NCBI GenBank assembly: GCA_030704615.1
Contig: CM060732.1
Coordinates: 12,400,001 to 12,464,000, forward strand
From: Takakia lepidozioides
Taxonomy: Eukaryota > Plantae > Bryophyta
Reading direction: 5' to 3'
Length of the DNA stretch: 64,000 bases
Under the pieces are notes generated by a model. That model saw only the letters and a program-made list of their open reading frames with translations. It made no database searches and had not been told where the DNA came from. This document shows, in pieces, positions 12,730 through 23,714 of the stretch. The stretch's first letter is position 1. Every line of letters starts with the position of its first letter. The position numbers and the translations under genes were made by a program.

Positions 12730-13640
12730 TCGTCAAAGCTGGAATTGTACCAGTTGTCATTCTGAACACTGCCCTGGTGGACATGTATACCAAATGTAGG
12801 TGCATTAAGGATGCAAAGGGAATTTTCAACACTATGGCTGAACGAGATGTGGTGTCATGGAACGCGATGCTTGCAGGGTATGCACAGCAGGGACGTGGTA
12901 TTGAGGCTTTGAAGACCTATGATCAAATGATGGGGGAAGGGGTGAATGCGATGATTGCAGGATTAAACACAGCAAGGGCATGGTGAGGAGGCGTTCAAAC
13001 TTTTTCAGCAAATGCAACGAGAAGGTATGGAGCCAAACGAAATCACCTTCATGAGCATCAAAGTGGGAACTGCCCTTGTCAGCATGTATTGCAAATGCGG
13101 GAGTGTGCTGGATGCTCAACAAGTGTTCATCAAAATGTCCAAATGAAATGTGGTCTCATGGAATGCAATGATTGCAGGACTTCCTCAACATGGTCATGAT
13201 GATGAGGCAATTGAACTCTTTGGGCAAATGCAACAAGAGGGCATGAAACCAAACATGAGCATGTGTGTAAGCATTCTAAATGCATGTGGCAGTCCAATAG
13301 CCCTAGAACATGGAAAGCAGCTCCATGCAGGCATTATCAAATCTGGATTTGATTCAGATGTCCAAGTGGGGCCTGCCCTTGTTAGCATGTATTGCAAGTG
13401 TGCCAGTGTGCTCAGTGCACGCCAAGTTTTTGACAAGCTGCATGTGCGAGATGTGATCTCATGGAATGCTATAATTGTAGGATTAGCTCAGCATGGTCAA
13501 GATGAGGAGGCTTTTGAACTCTTTGGGGTGCATTGAGGATGCGGAGGGAGTGTTCAACAATATGGCTTGGTGTCCTGGAATGCCATGCTTGCAGGATATG
13601 CACAGCAGGGGCGTGGGATGGAGGCCTTGGAGACCTATGA
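12730..13640 (+). pseudogene. PLS-class PPR pseudogene fragment (unit A)
   Basis: LVDMYTKC, VVSWNAMLAGYAQQG and LVSMYCKC motifs broken by frameshifts and stops. Confidence 0.85.
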
Positions 13641-13759
13641 GCAAATGATGGGGGAAGGGTGTGGCTTTTTCTTAATGTACGATCTGAAGAAGTTTGTCCA
13701 TCCTGCAAAGGTGGCTCTTGGATCCTGTCAGTACCATGATTTGGTATTCTTCCTGATGT

Positions 13760-16700
13760 TTCTGTGGATCAATAGCTACAAGAAACCTGCATGGGCAGAT
13801 GGTTAACTAAAGGCAGCAGCTGCAGCGGCACAGTTGATAAAATCAGGCACCTCAACCATGACCACAACTTCTGAAAGAGGATTAAGAGAGGATCCACAAT
13901 GCCTCTTCTGGCACTTCTGGGCATGTGAAGATGCTTTTTGCGACAGGTAGACTGACAGAGGCTCTACAGACTGTAAACCAAGGAGGCATTTCAGCAGATT
14001 CAGATACATATGTCTGTTTCTTGCTTAAGTGCATCAGGATGGAAGGTCTGGAAGCTGGAAAGCAGATGCACACTCACATTATCCAAAGTGGATTCACGCC
14101 AAATATTTTTCTACTCAACACCCTTGTCGACATGCATGTTAAGTGCGGGAGCATCATGGATGCTCACCAAGTGTTCAACAGAATGCCTCAACGATCTTTG
14201 ATCACGTGGAACACGATGCTTGCAGGGTATGCACAGCAGGGGCGTGGTATGGAGGCCTTGGAGACCTATGATCAAATGATGGGGGAAGGGGTGAAGCCCG
14301 ACCACATCACGTTTGTGTGCCTTTGCAATGCATGTGCAAGCCTGACAGCTCTGGAAAAGGGCGAAGATCAGGTCCATGGCAACATTGTTAGAGCTGCAAT
14401 TGTACCAAGTGTCATTCTGAACAATACCCTCGTGGACATGTATGAAGGGAGTTTTCGACAGTATGGCTGAATGAGAGTGGTGTCGTGGAGGGTGATGATT
14501 GCAGGATATGCACAGCAAGGGCGCGAGATGGAGGCTTCGGAGACCTATGAGATATTGATGTGCGAAGAGGTGAAGCCCCACCGCATAACGTTTGTTTGCA
14601 TTTGCAATACGTGTGCAAGCCTGGCAGCCCTAGAAAGGTGCAAAGAGGTCCATGGTGACATCGTCAAAGCTGGATTTGTACCAGATGTCATCCTGAACAC
14701 TGCCCTGCTGGACATGTATATCAAATGTGAGTGCATCGAGGATGCAAAGGGAGTGTTCGACAGTATGGCTGAACGAAATGTGGTGTCGCGGAGTGTGATG
14801 ATTGCAGGATATGCACTGCAAGGGGTATGGAGGCTTTGGAGACCTATGAGCAATTGATGTGCGAAGGGGTGAAGCCCAACAACATCACATTTGTTTGTGT
14901 TTGCAATGCGTGTGCAAACCTGGGAGCTCTGGAAAAGGGGAAAGAGGTTCATGGTGACATCGTCAAAGCTGGATTTGTACCAGATGTCATCCTGAACACT
15001 GCCCTGGTGGACATGTATGCCAAATGTGGGTGCATGAAGGATGCGAAGGGAGTTTTCAACACTATGGCTGAACAAGATGTGGTGTCGTGGAACGCGATGC
15101 TTGCAGGGTATGCACAGCAGGGGCGTGGGTCGATGGAGGCTTTGGAGACCTATGAGCAAATGATGGGGGAATTGTACCCGATGTCATTCTGAACACTGCC
15201 GTGCTGGACATGTATGTCAAATGTGAGTGCATCGAGGATGCAAAGGGAGTGTTCGACAGTATGGCTGAATGAGATGTGGTGTCGTGGAGTGCGATGATTG
15301 CAGGATATGCACAGTAAGCATGCGGGATGGAGGCTTTGGAGACCTATGAGCAATTGATGTGCAAAGGGGTGAAGCCCAACTGCAACACATTTGTTTGTGT
15401 TTGCAATGCGTGTGCAAGTCTAGGAGCTCTGGAAAAGGGGAAAGAGGTCCATGGTGACATCGTCAAAGCTGGATTTGTACCATATATCATCCTGAACGCT
15501 GCCCTGGTGGACATGTATGCCAAATGTGGGTGCATGAAGGATGCGAAGGGAGTGTTCAACAATATGGCTGAACGAGATTTGGTGTCATGGAACGCCATGC
15601 TTGCAGGGTATGCACAGCAGGGGGATGGAGGCCTTGGATCAGACCTATGAGCAAATGATGGGGAAAGGGGTGAAATGCAACCACATCTCGTTTGTGAGCG
15701 TTTGCAATGCTTGTGCAAGCCTGGCAGCCCTGGAAAAAGGGCAAAGAGGTCCATGATGGGGGAAGGGGGGAAGCCCGACCACATCACGTTTGTGTGCATT
15801 TGTAATGCGTGTGCAAGCCACATTCATTTGTGTTCTCAATGTTGGTGCCAGCATGGTGGCCCTGGAGAAGGGCAAAGATATCCATGCTGACATTATCAAA
15901 GCTGGAATTTCGTCATACATTAATTGGGAAACTGCCCTTGTTAACATGTATGCAAAAAATATGGGAGTGTAAGGGAGGCCTGTCTAGTGTTCAACACATA
16001 TGGTGGCAGGATATACCAAGCATAGTTGTGGTAGGAATGCCTTCGAGACATATGATCAACTGATACAGCAAGGGGTGATGCCCTATCAGGTCACATTTGT
16101 TTGCATTCTCAAGGCCTGTGCGCGACTGGCAGCCCTGGAAAACGGCAAAGAGGTCTATGCTGACATATGAAAGCTGGAGTTGTACCAAATCTGATTTTGA
16201 ACAAGAGCCTTGTTGACATGTATGCGAAATGCAGGAGCATGAAGGTTGCAAAGAGAGTATTTGACAACACGGCTGAACGGGATGTGGTGTCGTGGAATGC
16301 GATGATCACAGGATATGCCCAGCATGGGTGTGGGATGGAGGCTTTGGGGACCTATGAGCAAAAGATGCGGAAGCATTCAACAGAATGCCTCAACGATCTT
16401 GATCACGTGGAATATAATGTTGGCAGAATTTACCAAGCATGGGTGTGGTAGGAATGCTTTTGAGACCTATGAGCAGATTCTGCGCAAAGGGGTGAAGCCC
16501 AACCACATCAGATTTGTTTGTGTTTGCAATGCGTGTGCAAGCCTGGCAGCCCTGGAAAAGGACAAAGAGGTGCATGGTTGCATCGCCAAAGCTGGAATTG
16601 TACCTGATGTGATTTTGAACAATACCCTCGTAGACATGTATGCCAAATGTGGGAGCATTGTGGATGTGGAGGGAGTGTTCAACAATATGGCTGAACGAGA

Positions 16701-16890
16701 TTTGGTGTCATGGAACGCCATGCTTGTAGGATATGCACAGCAGGGGTGCGGGATGGAGGCCTGGGGGAAGGGGTGAAGCCCGACCACATCACGTTTGTGT
16801 GCGTTTGCAATGCGTGTGCAAGCCTGGCAGCCCTGGAAAAGGGCAAAGAGGTTCATGGTGACATCATCAAAGCTGGAATTGTACCAAATG
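13760..16890 (+). pseudogene. PLS-class PPR pseudogene (unit B) with N-terminal region and about 9 P-L-S triplets; C-terminus lost
   Basis: N-terminal GRLTEALQ...DSDTYVCFLLKC...GKQMHTHIIQSG, then tandem GVKP(N/D)HITFVCVCNACASL-LEKGKEVHGDIVKAG-LVDMYAKCG repeats with many frameshifts. Joins directly to a copy of the 3' flank. Confidence 0.88.
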
Positions 16891-16895
16891 CACTT

Positions 16896-17183
16896 TGACT
16901 GATTCTGGTGACAGTGGATGGAAATCAGAGTGTTGTCCTAATTCTGGGTTTGGGTGGTGGAGCTTCTCCAAAGCTTGAAGATGGAAGTGAATACGAATTT
17001 TAATGAGCTTGCTGAGAGGGGCAGCCCTGTGCACAAGTTTGTTCAGCATCTTAAATTTGGACATGTTTGTTTGTTTCTCATGGTGTGGCTTTGGATGGAG
17101 CCCTTGATGAACTTACATGAGTATTGTCAAAAGCTAGCGTTAACCCACCAAGATCCAATCCCACGGTGGATGCTTGAAAGTTC
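16896..17183 (+). repeat. Duplicate of the PPR-DYW downstream flank (22328-22613)
   Basis: Near-identical to 22328-22613. The match ends at ...gcttgaaagttc, where the 17181 element begins. Confidence 0.9.
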
Positions 17184-17420
17184 TAGCGACAACCGAAGGT
17201 CGGAAGCTAGTTTACCGTAGAGCAGGAATAGGGTGCCATAGTGCCATGTCATCGTCGCCACGTTTTGTCGCCACGTCATCGTAGCCAGGTCATCGTCGTT
17301 GTCAATTTCTTTGGAATCTGCCCGGACGGCCCGCGCGAAATAGGCCAATAGAAATCGCCGCGCCAACGTTTTTGGAACTGCCCGCAATGCTCGAATCTTG
17401 ATCTTCTTGAACTGCGTTTT
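17181..17420 (+). repeat. Terminus of an unclassified dispersed element (copy 2)
   Basis: Matches 11566-11770 and interrupts the duplicated flank relative to 22613-22620. Confidence 0.7.
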
Positions 17421-18619
17421 CCGCCATCGTTCACCTTGCAAGCACATGCATGGATAGCTGAAGGAGCATGGATAGCTGAAGGAGCATGGATCAAGTGTGT
17501 GTCCATAATCATCCAAAAGGGCCGGATTTCAAGCTCCAGATTACCTATGATTCGAAAAGACAACAAATGGGGAGGAGTTTCTTGCAGATGGAATCGGAAG
17601 CTTTCACTCGTGATTGGGTGGGAAAGAAGAAAAGTGCAGCTTAGATTACACCTTACTGCCTTGTTTCAGACCTGCACAGTGAGTCTCCATGATTGATTTT
17701 CCATGAGCACGAAGGGTATGTCAAGTTGTGTTTGGTTGCAAAAGTCCCACATCTGCTTGAAGCTAAACCCAAGTTTCAAACCTAATCTTACATTGACTAG
17801 ATTGTAATTGATGTCTGTCTGCCATAACCTCCCTATAACCAGTGTTCACTGGAAACAATAAATGCAAACTGTGAGATTGACATTCAAAGCTGAAGATTGC
17901 TCTTTTTCCATGTTTCAGCCTTCTTGGCCATTATTTTTGTGACCATTGTTTTATCAAACGTGGTGATAATGATGCAATTTGGATATAACCATATGTGTTA
18001 TAGGAATCCATCTGTGTGTTAGTGTCCCTGAGATTTACTAGTCGATCGGGATCTGAAGGACCTTTTAGTCCCTCATTCTGTAGTGAGGGAAGTGGTTAAA
18101 GTGAAGGGCCTTTATTCAGTATAAAAACCGTTTAGACAGGTTGTCTAATTTACCTTGTCATGTTCTGAAGCTTGCATGGTTTGATTCCAGAACCATTCCT
18201 CCAAGAAGAAAAGATGACCTTTTGGTATACATCTATGAACAGATTTGATTCCAGAGACAAAGGGTTACAGGGGTTGGACTTTGTCTCAGATGTGAAAATT
18301 GCAGTCATTTGTAGCAATTTTGGATGCTGCTTGAATGCTAGTTATGGGACTAATGACCACAATTGACTTGTTGAGATTGTTTTCAGGTTGTACCAAAATC
18401 TCTTGTCATCTTGATTGCTTTTTGCAGTAACAAATGAAGCGAGCAGCAAATTGTCTCTGTAGGTCCATCTATATCAAGTTGACACTGGAATTTCAATGCA
18501 TGTTATTTGTGAGGCACAAGCAATTGTCCTATTTGTTGATCCATCCCGCTGTGTGATTTCACGCAGCAGAGAATGTCTCTCAGAACAGGGGGCTGCAGTA
18601 GACACTCTACCCTCACTCT

Positions 18620-19510
18620 ACGAGATTTGGTGTCGTGGAGTGCGATGATTGCAGGGTATGCACAGCAAGGGCGCGGGATGGAGGATTTGGAGACCTATGA
18701 GCAAATGATGGGGGAAGGGGTGAAGCCCGACCACATCACGTTTGTTTCCGTTTGCAATGCCTGTGCAAGCCTGCCAGCCCTAGAAAAGGGAAAAAAGGTC
18801 CATGGTGACATCGTCAAAGCTGGAATTGTACACTACCCTAGTGGACATGTATGCCAAATGTGGGTGCATTGAGGATGCGAAGGGAGTGTTCGACAATATG
18901 GCTGAACGAAATGTGGTGTCGTGGAACGCGATGTTCACAAGATATGCCCAGCATGGTGTCATAGAGAGGTCCTGCAACTATTTGAGGGAATGTAAAAGAA
19001 TGGCTTGAAGCCGGACAGTATCACCTTTATATGTGTTTGCTCTGCATGCAGCCATTCTGGCCTACTGAATGAAGGAAATCAAGATCATGGTGGCTGTATA
19101 GTGGACCTTCTTGGATGTGCGGGACAACTGGATGAGGTAGTGGATCTGATTAATAAGATGCCAATCAATCCAGACGTTGTGGCTAGGATGCCGCGACTTA
19201 TGTGTTGCTATCAAACATCTATGCTGCAGCTAGTAGGTGGGATAATACTGCAAAGGTGAGAAGAATGATGAAGGTTAGAGGGGTTAGAAAGGAGCCAGGT
19301 CGCTGCTGCATTGAGGTTGGCAATAGGGTGCACACCTTCGCTGTAGATGACATCCCAGAATTAAGGAAATCGATGCTGAGCTGAGTCTGGGCAGATGAAA
19401 GGAGGCGGGGTATGTGCCTGACACGCGCTTTGTATTGCATGATGTGGGGGAGGAGGAAAAGGAATTTTCTGTTTGCCACCACAGTGAGAAGCTGGCCATT
19501 GGTTTTGTGT
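18620..19510 (+). pseudogene. PPR-E/E+-DYW pseudogene fragment (unit C)
   Basis: ACSHSGLLNEG, IVDLLGCAGQL, LLSNIYAAASRW, PG box [24 protein letters not shown] and [12 protein letters not shown] domain is truncated after HSE. Confidence 0.88.
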
Positions 19511-19759
19511 CTGGAGACGAAGGTAGTGGATCTGCCAACATCCAGTCCAACATGTGAAATTCTGGCAGAACGGGAAGAGGAGATTTCAAGTACATGAATA
19601 TTAGGCAAGAGGAATTGACCCTGCTAATATGAAGTTGACTTGGAAGTTGACTTGGAAGCTGACGTGTCCAAGGCCATATTGGAAGAGTGCAGAATGTCCG
19701 AACAACAGTTAGGCATAAAACCCTGAAATCATTTCCGGTTTGTGACATGAAGGGGCAAC

Positions 19760-22176
19760 CTTGCGTGTGCAAACCTGGGAGCCCTGGAAAAGGGGAAAGA
19801 GGTCCATGATGAGATTGTCAAAGCTGGAATTGTACCAGATGTCATTCTGAACACTGCCCTGGTGGACATGTATGCCAAATGTGGGTGTATTAAGGATGCA
19901 AAGGCAATTTTCAACAATATGCAGGCTGAACAAGATGTGGTGTCGTGGAGCGCGATGCTTGCAGGGTATGCACAGCAGGAAGGCTTTGGAGACCTATGAG
20001 CAAATGATGGGGGAAGGGGTGAAGCCCAACCACATCACGTTCGTTTGCGTTTGCAATGCGTGTGCAAGCCTGGGAGCCCTGGAAAAGGGCAAAGAGGTCC
20101 ATGATAACATCGTCAAAGCTGGAATTCTACCAGATGTCATTTTGAACACTGCCCTGGTGGACATGTATGCCAAATGTGGGTGCATTAAGGATACAAAGGC
20201 AGTTTTGAAAGTTCAACAATATGCAGGCTGAACGAGATGTGGTGTCGAGGAGCGCGATGCTTGCAGGGTATGCACAGCAGGGACGTGGGGTGGAGGCTTT
20301 GGAGACCTATGAGCAAATGATGGGGGAAGGGGTGAAGCCCAACCACATCACGTTTGTATGCGTTTGCAATGCATGCGCAAGCTTGGCAGCTCTGGAAAAG
20401 GGCAAAGAGGTCCATGGCGACATGGTCAGAGCTGCAGTTGTACCAAATGTCATTCTGAACAATACCCTCGTGGACATGTATGAAGGGAGTGTTCGAGAGT
20501 ATGGCTGAACAAGATGTGGTGTCGTGGAATGCGATGATTGCAGGATATGCACAGCAAGGGCGCGGCTTTGGAGACCTATGAGCAAATGATGTGTGAAGGG
20601 GGTGAAGCCCAACCACATAACATTTGTTTGCATTTGCAATGCGTGTGCAAGCCTGGCAGCCCTGGAAAAGTGCACAGAGGTCCATGGTGACATTATCAAA
20701 TTTGGAATCGTATCCGATGTCATTCTGAACACTGCGACATGTATGTCAAATGTGGGTGCATCGAGGATGCAAATAGAGTGTTTGACAGTATTGCGTGATG
20801 TGGTGTCGTGGAGTGTGATGATTGCAAGATATGCACAGCAAGGGTGCGGGATGGAGGCTTTGGAGACCTATGAGCAAATGATGTGCGAAGGGGTGAAAAC
20901 CAACCACATCACATTTGTGTGCGTGTGCAATGCGTGTGCAAGCCTGGGAGCCCTGGAAAAGGGGAAAGAGGTCCATGGTGACATCGTCAAAGCTGGAATT
21001 ATACCAGATGTCATCCTGAACAATCCCCTGGTGGACATGTATGCGAAATGTGGGAGCATCGAAGATGTGAAGGGAGTTAATTTCAACACCATGGCTGAAC
21101 GAGATGTGGTGTCGTGGAACGCCATGCTTGCAGGGGTATGCACAGCAGGGGCGTGGGATGGAGGCCTTGGATACCTATGAGCAAATGATGGGGGAAGGGG
21201 TGAAGCCCGACCATATCACGTTTGTGTGCGTTTGCAATGCGTGTGCAAGCCTGGTAGCCCTGGAAAAGGGCAAAGAGGTGCATGGTTGCATCGCCAAAGC
21301 TGGAACTGTACCAGGTGTGATCCTGAATACTGCCCTGGTGGACATGTCTGCCAAATGTGGGAGCATTGAGGACGCAGAGGGAGTGTTCAACAATATGGCC
21401 GAACGAGATTTGTTGTCGTGGAACGTGATGCTTGCAAGATATGAACAGCAGGGCGTGGGATGGAGGACTTGGAGACCTATGAGCAAATGATGGGGGAAGG
21501 GGTGAAGCGCGACCACATCACGTTTGTGTGCGTTTGCAGTGCGTGTGCAAGCCTGCAGCCCTAGAAAAGGGCAAAGAGGTGCATGGTTGCATCGCCAAAG
21601 CTAGAATTGTACAGATGTGATTCTGAACAATACCCTGGTGGACATGTATGCCAAATGTGGGAGCATTGAGGATGTGGAGGGAGTGTTCAACAATATGGCT
21701 GAACGAGATTTGTTGTCGTGGAACGTGATGCTTGCAGGGTCTGCAGAGCAGAGGCGTATCAAACATCCATGCTGCAGCTGGCAGGTGGGATGATACTGCA
21801 AAGGTGAGAAGAATGATGAAGGTCAGAGGGGTTAAAAAGGAGCCAGATGACAAGTTGCATCCCAGAATTAAGGAAATCCATGCTGAGCTGAGAAGATTGT
21901 CTGGGCAGATGAAGGAGGCGGGGTATGTGCCTGACACACGTTTTTTATTGCATGATGTAGAGGAAAGGAATTTTCTCTTAGCCACCACAGTGAGAAGCTG
22001 GCCATTGGTTTTGGGCTGATCAGCACGACTCATCAAGAATCTTCGAGTGTGTGGAGACTGCCACACCTCCACCAAATTCATCTCAAAGATTGTTGGCCGA
22101 GCAATTGTTGTATGGGACGCTAACTACTTTCCACCACTTTGAAGATGGGATTTGTTCTTGTGGTGATTACTGGTGA
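19760..22176 (+). pseudogene. PLS-PPR-DYW RNA-editing-factor pseudogene (unit D)
   Basis: About 7 P-L-S triplets, partial E+ (VSNIHAAAGRW...GYVPDTRF), [17 protein letters not shown] and terminal CSCGDYW-TGA at 22176. Multiple frameshifts and deletions. Confidence 0.9.
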
Positions 22177-22879
22177 AAGGATGTTTTCTTGGAAAGATGC
22201 TAGTGTCTTGCTTCATTCCTTGATTTGTGTAGCTACTCAGACCATCCACCATTTCCTGATAGTGGGGTCTACCCGACATAGGTAGGAAAGTCAGCCCACA
22301 ATTGCACTTGACTGAAGGGGTGATTTTTGACTAATTCTGGTGACAGTGGATGGAAATCAGAGTGTTGTCCTAATTCTGGGTTTGGGTGGTGGAGCTTCTC
22401 CAAAGCTTGAAGATGGAAGTGAATACGAATTTTAATGAGCTTGATGAGAGGGGCAGCCCTGTGCACAAGTTTGTTCAGCATCTTAAATTTGGACATGTTT
22501 GTTATTTCTCGTGGTGTGGCTTTGGATGGAGCCCTTGATGAACTTACATGAATATTGTCAAAAGCTAGCCTTAACCCACCAGGATCCAATCCCACGGTGG
22601 ATGCTTGAAAGTTCATATAGCAAATGGAAGGGTATTTGGGTATGTTGTTATTGATTGATGCGGCTTGTGAAAATTGAACATTGAAATGCAGATCCGCCAT
22701 GTTTCTTCCAGAATAAAACAAAACACGGGATCTCTGCATGTAAACACCGTGGGGATGACCCAGCCCTTTTTTGTGAAAAATTGAACTTAGTTCTCAGAAT
22801 TCGTCGCTAGTAGTGCGGAGCAACGCGAAGCCCTAGTGAGAGATTATAACGATTTAGTGAAGTACAGAAAAACCACCAA

Positions 22880-23121
22880 CAGTCAATAGCTCAGTTGGTA
22901 AAGTGCACTGAGTGCCATCCGGATGACCCTGGGGTCAAATCTTGCTACTTGACGGGTGTGGTACGCTCTTCTCCCACTTCCCTGCGCGGTGTCGCATCAG
23001 AAAGCCTTACGGCGAAGTTACTGAGAGTTATTTTCTCCTCTCTCTATCAAGGGGCCTGAGTTGTGAGCTGTCGCTCCCAGGTGTTTCCCTTTAAAAAAAT
23101 AAAAAAAAATAAAAAAAAAAA
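22880..23121 (+). mobile_element. tRNA-derived SINE (tRNA-like head 22882-22953, body, A-rich tail)
   Basis: A box tagctcagttgg, B-box-like gggtcaaatc, acceptor-like gtcaa/ttgac, degenerate anticodon arm around GCC, A-rich tail at 23093-23121. Confidence 0.65.
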
Positions 23122-23224
23122 CCCAGCAGTTTTTTGGGGGCAAAAATTCTGTAATTATCAAAATTCCTAACATACAAGGTTGCTTTGAGTTCTTTTTTAG
23201 CTCCTTTGTAGTTTCAGCCAAAAA

Positions 23225-23615
23225 TCCACTATTGGCGACCTACCACTCTTCTCAATGTGGGATATAAGATCTATGCAAAAGCCCTCCAGGCAGGGCTACA
23301 GCCCATCTTGATGGAAGTGATTAGCATGGATGAAACAACTTTCCTACCTCTATGTTACATTCTTGTTGGCTAACTGGACTTCAGCAAAGCATATGACAAG
23401 GATTTCCTCTTCAAGAACTGGAAAGGACCTGGTCAAGCTGCTTTTCTATGACGCTCAGGCATCTGTCTCACTCAATGGACAGCCTACAGCCTCGTCTCTT
23501 CCATTGCGAAAGGGGGTTAGGCAAGGGTACCTCTTTTTGCTAGTAGGGGAGATTCTGAATCAGCTGATTAAAGACGCGGAAGTGGAGGAACAGATTAGAT
23601 GAGTTCTGATGCCTG
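23225..23615 (+). mobile_element. L1/Tx1-type LINE reverse-transcriptase fragment
   Basis: WRPTTLLNVGYKIYAKAL, LDFSKAYD and VSLNG...RKGVRQG...LFLLVGE motifs across frameshifts. Confidence 0.8.
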
Positions 23616-23616
23616 G

Positions 23617-23700
23617 TAGAGAGAAGACTCCGGCAAAGCCGGCGTAACTAAAAGTCACTTCGCCTCACGGCTACTGCCCCCTCTCGGGGGCGGGCCCTCT
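23617..23700 (-). repeat. Short structured repeat (same family as 9480-9580)
   Basis: Reverse strand reads gccccc-gaga-gggggc-agta-gcc-gtga-ggc-gaagtgacttttagttacgcc...tctctct. Confidence 0.55.
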
Positions 23701-23714
23701 AACAAGAAGGTAAC

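Noticed and set aside
14111-21801. Numerous minus-strand ORFs over the PPR array
   Set aside because: These are antisense shadows of the repetitive PPR coding sequence.
18620-22176. U-to-C (DYW:KP-type) editing factor
   Set aside because: The domains show a PG box (KEPG), HSEK and terminal DYW, i.e. the conventional C-to-U type.
22269-22739. 156-aa minus-strand protein (and its duplicate at 16867-17064)
   Set aside because: No recognisable motif; it lies in the duplicated PPR 3' flank and is probably spurious.
22882-22953. Functional tRNA-Gly(GCC) gene
   Set aside because: The anticodon and T arms are degenerate (gggtcaaatc, no TTC), and it is followed by a SINE-like body and A-rich tail.
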